Shown: positions 1-6,643 of the stretch, piece by piece
How positions within the stretch are numbered: the first letter of the stretch is position 1
Layout: every line of letters begins with the position of its first letter
DNA from: Octopus sinensis
Lineage: Eukaryota
Direction: 5' to 3'
DNA: 7,015 bases
Assembly (NCBI RefSeq): GCF_006345805.1
Contig: NW_021829044.1
Span: forward strand, 1 to 7,015
Program-made: the position numbers and the translations under genes
Notes under the pieces: generated by a model
What the model was told of the DNA's origin: nothing
What the model saw: only the letters and a program-made list of their open reading frames with translations
Databases searched by the model: none

Positions 1-20
1 TTCTGTGTGTCGTCCCTGCT

Positions 21-41
21 GTCTCTCTTCTTTCTTTCTTC

Positions 42-94
<53 letters not shown>

Positions 95-290
95 TTCTCT
101 CTCTCTATTTCTCTCTCTATCTCTCCCCCTTTGTCTCTTTCCCACTACCCTACCTCTTTCTATCTTTCTGTTCTGCTTGTTTTGTCTCTCTCTCTCTCTC
201 TCCCTCTCTCTTTTTATCAATCTTCCCAACTTCTTTCTGTATTTTCCTTTCTCTTTTCTGCATTTCGTTCTTTATTTCCCCCTCCTCCCA
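21..290 (+). repeat. Polypyrimidine tract with (TTTC)n microsatellite (about 27-92) and degenerate (CT)n/(TC)n runs
   Basis: Read directly: a long TTTC run with one CCTT variant, followed by CT-rich low-complexity sequence with few purines on the + strand. Confidence 0.95.
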
Positions 291-294
291 TGAA

Positions 295-319
295 TCTGTC
301 TGTCTATCTATCTATCTAC

Positions 320-409
<90 letters not shown>

Positions 410-446
410 GTCTGTCTGTCTGTCTATCTGTCTGTCTACCTGTCTG
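295..446 (+). repeat. Compound tetranucleotide microsatellite [TCTG]2[TCTA]4 CCTA [TCTA]21 [TCTG]4 TCTA [TCTG]2 TCTA CCTG TCTG
   Basis: Units counted by hand; the pure TCTA run spans 323-406. Confidence 0.97.
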
Positions 447-507
447 TCTCATGCTTTTTCCTCTCCGTTTCCCCTTCTTCTTGCCGTTTTCTTCCTCCTC
501 ACTCGCT

Positions 508-509
<2 letters not shown>

Positions 510-591
<82 letters not shown>

Positions 592-617
592 TATATACAT
601 ATATATATACATATATA

Positions 618-659
<42 letters not shown>
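510..659. repeat. (TA)n microsatellite: pure (TA)39 at 511-588, then an interrupted TA/CA extension
   Basis: Direct reading. Confidence 0.98.
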
Positions 660-661
<2 letters not shown>

Positions 662-837
662 CGTATTAAATTAAGCGTAGAAATGGAGAGTTAGTGGTTA
701 ATATATATATATGCGATGACGAGTGACAGTTCTATATATAATACAAGAAAAAAAAAATTTCCGTCGAGTGCTTATATGCCCCGATATTGGACTATTTTCT
801 TTAACCAATACATGGTGATTGCTTATAGGCTTTAAAC

Positions 838-868
<31 letters not shown>

Positions 869-877
869 TATTAGTAC

Positions 878-937
<60 letters not shown>

Positions 938-960
938 TACTATTATTATTATTATTATTA

Positions 961-1003
<43 letters not shown>

Positions 1004-1072
1004 CTATTAATATTATTATTATTATTATTATATTATTATTATTATTATATTATTACTTACTTACTTACTTAC
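838..1072 (+). repeat. (ATT)n trinucleotide array (about 838-1053) with ACT variants and 1-nt phase slips, grading into (TTAC)n (about 1053-1072)
   Basis: Direct reading; explains the poly-Ile/poly-Leu ORF at 819-1010. Confidence 0.97.
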
Positions 1073-1074
1073 AG

Positions 1075-1080
<6 letters not shown>

Positions 1081-1115
<35 letters not shown>

Positions 1116-1335
1116 TACCTACCTGCATGCATACATAAATAATGAATGTATGCATAAAGAGACTGATTTATGTGGGGGTAGGGTTTCATATATATATATA
1201 CATAAGTATATATCTGCTTCATAGTATATATATATATAAGCATACATACACGTATACACACATAAATATATATATGTATATAACACATACATGTGTGTGT
1301 GTGTGTGTGGTTGTGTGCGTTGTGCTGAACAACAA
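1081..1335. repeat. (TA)17 at 1081-1114 followed by degenerate TA/CA/TG low-complexity sequence
   Basis: Direct reading. Confidence 0.9.
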
Positions 1336-1379
1336 AATATATAAACATGTAAAATAAGTGACGGATAGAGAAATAAACG

Positions 1380-1737
1380 TGTCGAAAGGGTAATGGGTAA
1401 AAAAACTTTTTACTGGAAAAGAGAAGATCATGAAAAGATGTGAGAGTACACAGGAGACCCGAGAACCCCTCACCATCCAATTTTAATGGACGAAAGAGTT
1501 TAAAGTCTGAGGTGGAAGATGTCATCAAGAAAATGAGAAAAAACTAAATCTCCAGGATCAGATACACTAATATGTGAAATGTTGAAAGCAGTAAAACATC
1601 AGGGGATTAAGAAACTCACAAACGTTTTCGATGACATCTTGAAAATTCCAAAATATCGTCTATTTATTACCCTGATGAATTAAACTGAGAGCATTGGCTT
1701 CAAGACTACCATTCTCATGTGCTATGCTCTTCAAATA
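1380..1737 (+). mobile_element. Decayed RTE-clade LINE ORF2, left part (pre-RT region and start of RT), interrupted at 1737 by a Helitron
   Basis: Hand translation: LFTGKEKIMKRCE (1406-1444), LKSEVEDVIKKMRK (from 1500), frameshift, then TKSPGSDTLICEMLKAVKHQGIKKLTNVFDDILKIPKYRLFITLMN*TESIGFKTTILMCYALQI (1543-1737). This follows the RTE-type pattern ILxSEV...K(A/S)PGxDxIxxEMLK...IP...FITLPKK...ISLMSHA. Stops and frameshifts show it is inactive. The left boundary is approximate. Confidence 0.88.
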
Positions 1738-2145
1738 TCTATATATATATAAACGGCAGTTTGTCTGTCTGTGTGTCTGTGTGGCTGTCAGGTTGTACCC
1801 TCACCCTGATCACGGCTTTCAACCGATTCTGATGAAACTTGACACATACATAGCCCAATGTCATAATTCAAAACTAACGCTGCGAACATTTTGAAAAGTT
1901 CCCCCAGTTCTGAAAAAAATCGATAAATTCGACATGGGATCGAGAATCTAAGCTTTTTATATGCAACACATTTTCTGTCGGGAGACAGCTAGGAACATCG
2001 TATACATAGAAGTATTCGAGTGAAGAGAAGACATTGCAACCTACACATGCGCCTTCGTTCCCTGGAGGGAAAGAACTAGATTGGGATTAGTCGTTGCCTA
2101 CTAGGGGCTCTTACACACTCGGGCAACGCCGGGCTATGCTGCTAG
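1738..2145 (+). mobile_element. Non-autonomous Helitron (408 bp), with the architecture of Lep1-like short Helitrons
   Basis: Starts with TC (TCTATATATATATAAACGG) directly after A1737 and ends CTAG (2142-2145) directly before T2146, with no TSD. A GC-rich hairpin CTCGGGC-AAC-GCCGGG (2118-2133) lies 8 nt upstream of the CTAG. There is a (GTCT/GTGT) microsatellite near the 5' end (about 1759-1789) and a CCGATTCTGATGAAACTTG motif typical of such elements. Removing 1738-2145 rejoins the LINE frame: ...LMCYALQI|FLIMVQERIRSKI... Confidence 0.92.
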
Positions 2146-3410
2146 TTTCTTATAATGGTACAAGAAAGAATAAGAAGCAAAATAAATGCGAGAGTCGGTG
2201 AGAAGTAATTTGGATTTAGGGTTAACGGAGGTACAAGAGTTGACATATTCTGCTTCAACATTCTAGCACAAAAACAAATCAAAACACAAGACTTATCTGC
2301 TTACTTCATGAATTCCATTAAGGCATTCAACCGCGTACACTACTGAGAGCGTATCATCTCTGTAGGGAAGTAGTTCGCTTAAAAGAAAATGATATCAGAA
2401 TCATCTCTCTGTTATAGTGAAACTAGAAGCAGCCATCAAACTAGACCAGGAATTGTTACAAACAACAGAGATCAGAAGAGGTGTAAAACAAGGATGTGTG
2501 TTATCACCATACATATTTAATATATATTTTGTGCATATATTCAGACTCAAGTAATATCACAGGCCTCACAGTCAATAGCATGAATATAAGCAGTATAACA
2601 TACGCTGGTGATATAGCATTATCGTCGAACAGCGATAAGAAATTACAAGAAATCGTTGATGTAAAAGAGTAAAGTGACAATAACGGCTCAAATATGAATG
2701 TAAAAAGAAGTTAAAAACAACGGTTATGAATAAGACAGAACAAAAGGTGGTAAATATAAAGGTAGATGAAGAGAAACTGGAATAAGTCTAAAATCGCCAA
2801 ATATTTTGAACAAATAGATCAGAAATTTCTTAGTGAAGAACTTGTTCAAAGAAAAAATAAGGCTAAAACAACTTTTTAATGAAAATGAAAAAATGAAAAA
2901 TAAAAATTTAATCTTTACCTCCAGAGATACTAAAACTGTATCTGAAATTGAGGCTAATGGACTGTTATATTTTGCCAGTTGTCTTCTGCAGGGCAGAAAT
3001 TTGAACAATGTACAGAGCAATGATGAAAAAGATAAACCTTTGAGATGCGCATCTCTCGTTGATTGGACAGAAGAAGCTGGGTTAACAGGATAAGAAATGC
3101 CACAGTACTGGAAAAACTGTAGGACCAAAGGTACCTATTGTTGAGAACCAAATCCACGATGTGAGCATTTTGATATGCAATGGGCCTCGAGTCACGGTTC
3201 AAGGTAATTCTAACAGAAAGTGTGCAGAGGAACGGAGCAAGAGGCTTTCAAAGACGTTTGTGGACAGACGACATCAAAGAATGGAATCGAAACAAGCTTG
3301 GATGATTGTATGCATGCAGCACAACACAGACGGAATGGAGAGAGCCTGGGCAAGCCAAACCCTAGATATCTTGCTGCTGCTGTTGCCGCTGCAGCTGCTA
3401 ATGATGGTTG
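2146..3410 (+). mobile_element. Decayed RTE-clade LINE ORF2, right part (RT core to C-terminus)
   Basis: FLIMVQERIRSKINARVGEK*FGFRVNGGTRVDIFCFNILAQKQIKTQDLSAYFMNSIKAFNRVHY (2146-2343, FGFR and FxDxxKAFDRV-like motifs); EIRRGVKQGCVLSPYIFNIY (GVKQGCVLSP at 2480-2509); catalytic YADD decayed to YAGD (2601-2612); KKLQEIVDV and NMNVK; later WTDDIKEW near 3260-3283. Many stops and frameshifts. Ends in a degenerate (GCT/GAT) tail at about 3372-3410. Confidence 0.92.
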
Positions 3411-3412
3411 AT

Positions 3413-3463
3413 CACACACACACACACACACGTACATACATACAATACTTACGCATGTATGTA
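3413..3463. repeat. (CA)9 followed by short CATA/TATG repeats
   Basis: Direct reading. Confidence 0.85.
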
Positions 3464-3491
3464 CAGGATGCGAGGGATATTTAAGGACACT

Positions 3492-4000
3492 ATTTAAGGA
3501 CAGCCTGTAATGACATGCATAAGATCTCGTCATCAAATCTAAGTAGAGACTTCAAACTTGAAATCTTCAAAAGCCACAGTCGAACCAATTCTACTATATG
3601 GCTCAGAAACCTGGACGTTATCAAAGAAGCTCGAGAGGCGGTTGGATGGAACCTACACTCGCCTCCTTATGAGAGCTCAAAATCTCTCGTGGAGGCGCCA
3701 TCCAACCAAAATGCAAATATATGGGAAACTACCACATGTGTCATCTCTTGTGAAAGGTAAAAGAGTCCAGTTTGCTGGACATTGTTGTAGAGCTGAAAAA
3801 GAGGTAATTTCTACTCTTCTCCTCTGGAAGCCATCTACTCGCAATACTAGAGGGCGCACACTCTCCTACCCTGATGTAATCTCCAGGGATACAGGCATCC
3901 AGCAACAGGACCTCCGTAATGCCATGATGGACCGTGAAGTCTGGCGTAGCATGGTAAATTCCATTGTCTCGACCACGGTCGAACAATGAAGAATGATGAT
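3492..4000 (+). mobile_element. Young, 5'-truncated RTE-group (RTE/RTEX-like) LINE 3' end with (TGA/ATG)n tail and candidate 7-bp TSD GGACACT
   Basis: TACNDMHKISSSNLSRDFKLEIFK, then a single +1 A in AAAA (3569-3572), then ATVEPILLYGSETWTLSKKLERRLDGTYTRLLMRAQNLSWRRHPT...FAGHCCR...LLWKP...RGRTLSYPDVISRDTG...MMDREVWRSMV...EQ* (stop 3987-3989). LLYGSETW, FAGHCxR and DRxxWR are standard post-RT motifs of RTE-type ORF2. The stop runs into a TGAAGAATGATGAT tail. GGACACT is at 3485-3491 and 4001-4007. The RTE versus RTEX assignment cannot be made by eye. Confidence 0.9.
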
Positions 4001-4102
4001 GGACACTTAATTATCAGTATATTACTCTCTTCAAGACAAATGAAAGGGATTTTATTTCTTTCAGATACTCCACCTGGATAAAATGGCTAACTCAAGACTT
4101 GA

Positions 4103-4168
4103 GTGTATGAGTGTATGCGTTTGTGTGTGTATGCGAGCGTGAGTACTTCTGTGTGCGTGTGTGTGTGT
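4103..4168. repeat. Degenerate (GT)n/(GAGTGTAT) repeat
   Basis: Direct reading. Confidence 0.8.
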
Positions 4169-4499
4169 CGGTTAGTTGAACTTAATCGTTTTTAGTCATA
4201 TCTCCTTGCTCTAATATGACTGCGGTATTTAGGCGGGTGAACGTTGCTTCAAGCTTCGGTTGCATGAGAAGATATACTTACGTTAGTATCATTATAATAA
4301 GGCTACACATGTCTCCTTTTCTTTCTCTTTTCCTGTATATCGCAATTTATTTTGTTTTAGCTGTCTATGAATATATTTCTTTCTATAATCTCTGCGCTGG
4401 TCTCTTATATAATCTGTCTTGCTGTCTACCTTGTTTAAATAGTCAATACATATAAAACTCCTTAAAGGATATAGACGTCGCATATAACACAGACAGATC

Positions 4500-4773
4500 C
4501 GCATACACAAGTACACACACATGTGTATGGCACGTGCATATTTACACATATGAATATATACATTCATACACTCGTACGTATGCACGTGTTACATTACACA
4601 AACACAAAAAACGGACATGTACATATATAATATATTATATATATATTATATATATATATATAATATATATATATATAATATATATATATATAGGCATACA
4701 CACAAATATATTTAGGCGTACGTACACAAATACGTACGCATACATAGACATACACATATGTATATGCATGTAT

Positions 4774-4809
<36 letters not shown>

Positions 4810-4965
4810 CACATATATATGTGTGTGTGTATGTATATATATGTATACATATATATATATGCATATACACACATACAAAAACACACACACATGCCGACAC
4901 ACACACACACGCCGACACACACATATGTATATAAGTATTTATGTATGTATGCATAAGTATATATA
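4500..4965. repeat. Degenerate TA/CA/TG low-complexity field, including an interrupted (TA)n at about 4622-4692 and 4780-4806 and GCCGAC(AC)n twice at about 4893-4922
   Basis: Direct reading; source of several Y/I/H/T-rich spurious ORFs. Confidence 0.9.
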
Positions 4966-5057
4966 CAAATTGGCCATTTCAAAGAATCTGGAACTACAAT
5001 TGAAAAACAAGGATATTTGGTTAATACAGTCTACTAATACAGAACACTCCTTTTTCA

Positions 5058-5122
5058 GTGTGTGTGTGTATGTATATTTATGTATATGTGAATATCTATG
5101 TATCATCTATATATGTTAGTAC

Positions 5123-5161
<39 letters not shown>

Positions 5162-5330
5162 GTATATATATATATATATTATATATTATATATATATATA
5201 CACATTATATATATGTGTGTGTGTGTGTATGTATGTATGTGTGTGTGTGTATGTGAGAGTGTATGTAATTATAGATATATACATACACAGGCTCACACAC
5301 ACATACATACATACATACGTACAAACACAC
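5058..5330. repeat. Degenerate (TG)n/(TA)n/(CATA)n field
   Basis: Direct reading. Confidence 0.9.
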
Positions 5331-5450
5331 TGACGCACATTCAGAGATGCCACGCATATATTTCTTGGCAGGAGACTCGACAATCTGTGGTCGTCCAGTA
5401 CTTAAATCCGAGTTAAAAACAAAAGCAAAAGAAGAGGTTTGTTTATTTGT

Positions 5451-5465
5451 AGAACCTTCTAGAAT
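5451..5465. promoter_or_regulatory. Heat-shock element motif, three perfect inverted pentamers aGAAc-cTTCt-aGAAt
   Basis: Exact match to the canonical nGAAnnTTCnnGAAn HSF site, with an imperfect fourth pentamer tTTGt at 5446-5450. Motif match only; function not shown. Confidence 0.35.
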
Positions 5466-5474
5466 GTCTTGAGA

Positions 5475-5484
5475 GTGACGTCAC
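5475..5484. promoter_or_regulatory. Full palindromic CRE (TGACGTCA, 5476-5483) within GTGACGTCAC
   Basis: Exact match to the CREB/ATF consensus. Motif match only. Confidence 0.35.
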
Positions 5485-5499
5485 CTCTGCTAAGGTGCC

Positions 5500-5513
5500 A
5501 TAAACATGTTTAC
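5500..5513. promoter_or_regulatory. Abutting inverted forkhead motifs ATAAACA/TGTTTAC (12-bp palindrome TAAACATGTTTA, 5501-5512)
   Basis: Both halves match the RYAAAYA forkhead core; another TGTTTATTTG site is at 5440-5449. Motif match only. Confidence 0.3.
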
Positions 5514-5632
5514 GTTGTTGCACTATGTAAGGACACAGGAAGACTACGTGGTCGATCGACCTGCTAGATACTGCCAAAATATTCCGTCGCGAATGACAGC
5601 AGAGCACATCCGGAAATGTAGTGGTGGACTTA

Positions 5633-5679
5633 CATGTATGCATACATACATACATACATACATACATACATACATACAT
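5633..5679 (+). repeat. (CATA)n array on the left (3') side of the SINE
   Basis: Direct reading. Confidence 0.95.
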
Positions 5680-5993
5680 CACCGTGATCACCGTGACCGA
5701 CCAGGCTATCAGATGTTGCTACACATCGCTGGTCACAATGCACTTCGCATTGTATTAGCCTTCAAATGACGCCACCCCGCTGGCTAAGCGAGCAGGCCAA
5801 CAGAAGAAAGAGTGAGAGAAAGTTGTGGCGAAAGAGTACAGCAGGGATCGCCACCCCCCACCCCCTGCCGGAGCCTCGTGGAACTTTTAGGTGTTTTCGC
5901 TCAATAAACACTCACAACGCCCGGTCTGGGAATCGAAACCGCGATCCTACGACCGCGAGTACGCTGCCCTAACCAGTGGGTCATTGCACCTCC
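5678..5993 (-). mobile_element. Apparently full-length tRNA-derived SINE (about 316 bp)
   Basis: The minus strand reads GGAGGTGCAA-TGACCCACTGG (A box-like, + strand 5973-5983)-TTAGGGCAGCGTACTCGCGGTCGTAGGATCGC-GGTTTCGATTCC (B box-like, + strand 5929-5940)-CAGACCGGGCG, then a tRNA-unrelated body and a 3' end in (CACGGTGAT)2. From memory it resembles an abundant octopus SINE family; the family name is not verified. Confidence 0.9.
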
Positions 5994-6121
5994 ACACATA
6001 CATACATATATACATACATACATACATACATACATACATACATGCATGCATACATACATACATACATACATGCATGCATACATACATATATACATGCATG
6101 TATGCGCATTTACATACATAC
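5994..6121 (+). repeat. (CATA)n array with CATG variants on the right (5') side of the SINE
   Basis: Direct reading. Confidence 0.95.
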
Positions 6122-6160
6122 TTATATTAAAAGGAGTGCATATATGCATATAATAAAAAG

Positions 6161-6323
6161 GAGTACTGGTGGAATGTCCCAGTGAAGACCTCAATAAAAT
6201 GTAAGCACAATAGACCTGACATAGTAATTCGGGATGAGAAGAGAAACTGTGTACATTTGTGGAAATCAGCTGCCCAGTTGATGCTAAGTAAAGCGGAAGA
6301 TCAGCGAAATATAAAATATTTAC
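6161..6323 (+). mobile_element. Fragment of the restriction-like endonuclease domain of an RLE-type non-LTR retrotransposon (R2/R4/NeSL group)
   Basis: EYWWNVPVKTSIKCKHNRPDIVI (6161-6229), frameshift, EKLCTFVEISCPVD (6241-6282), frameshift, VKRKISEI*NIY (6288-6323). NRPDIV...C..(V/I)(E/D)I.CP.D.N...K..K.Y is the PD-(D/E)xK signature of RLE elements. Confidence 0.8.
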
Positions 6324-6643
6324 ATTTATTGGGTGATTCTGAAGAAATTGAATGCTGAAGAAGAAAAGTGGTTTCAATTTATTTATGTCGATGGAGTATT
6401 TTTCTGAAAGTTATGAGGAAACTAAATAGATGCCTGTGAATTATCCGAGACTGCTCTATATCCATACCGCCCCCACCCAAATGATTTTCACAATAAATTC
6501 CAAGATAATCCCAATTAACACCTTCTGAAACGTAGTGGTAACAAATTTCCTTAACAAATAACCATTTTCCAGGAAGTTATAAGGAAACAAAGTCGGCAAA
6601 GCAACAGGTAACAGAATAGTATGATGTATCAGTGCGAGGCATC

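Noticed and set aside
5-1010. ORFs 5-694, 7-510, 449-631 and 819-1010 (F/L/S, IYLS, YI and poly-I/L peptides)
   Set aside because: They are translations of TTTC, TCTA, TA and ATT repeats that lack stop codons in some frames; the hydrophobic look is an artefact.
1115-1528. ORFs 1115-1528, 1142-1357 and 1219-1476
   Set aside because: They span TA/CA repeats and the antisense strand of the decayed LINE; no coherent protein.
1721-2140. GCTATGCT at 1721-1728 and 2133-2140 as a possible TSD of the Helitron
   Set aside because: The copies do not abut the termini (one is 9 bp outside, one is inside), and the LINE frame is restored without any duplication.
2724-3536. ORFs 2833-3093, 3161-3484, 3220-3411 and their antisense partners as genes
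   Set aside because: They are short open stretches between frameshifts of the decayed RTE ORF2; the conserved motifs jump between frames.
3558-3989. 143-aa ORF as a host gene
   Set aside because: It is the C-terminal part of a LINE ORF2. The assigned start is a TTG upstream of a frameshift, and the tail and TSD mark it as a retrotransposon.
4090-4221. Inverted repeats ACTCAAG-A-CTTGAGT (4090-4104) and AGTCATAT/ATATGACT (4194-4201, 4214-4221)
   Set aside because: Stems of 7-8 bp are expected by chance in 7 kb of AT-rich DNA, and there is no supporting context.
4451-4457. TATAAAA as a TATA box
   Set aside because: The motif is uninformative in such TA-rich sequence, and there is no downstream initiator or exon evidence.
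4534-5416. Cluster of overlapping Y/I/H/T/C/V-rich ORFs
   Set aside because: All derive from dinucleotide repeat fields.
5851-5869. G-rich run on the minus strand (GGCAGGGGGTGGGGGGTGG) as a G-quadruplex
   Set aside because: It has only two long G tracts plus two GG; it lies inside the SINE body and at best forms a weak two-tier structure.
5920-5993. tRNA gene on the minus strand
   Set aside because: A and B boxes are present, but I could not build a proper cloverleaf, and the sequence continues into a SINE body and tail.
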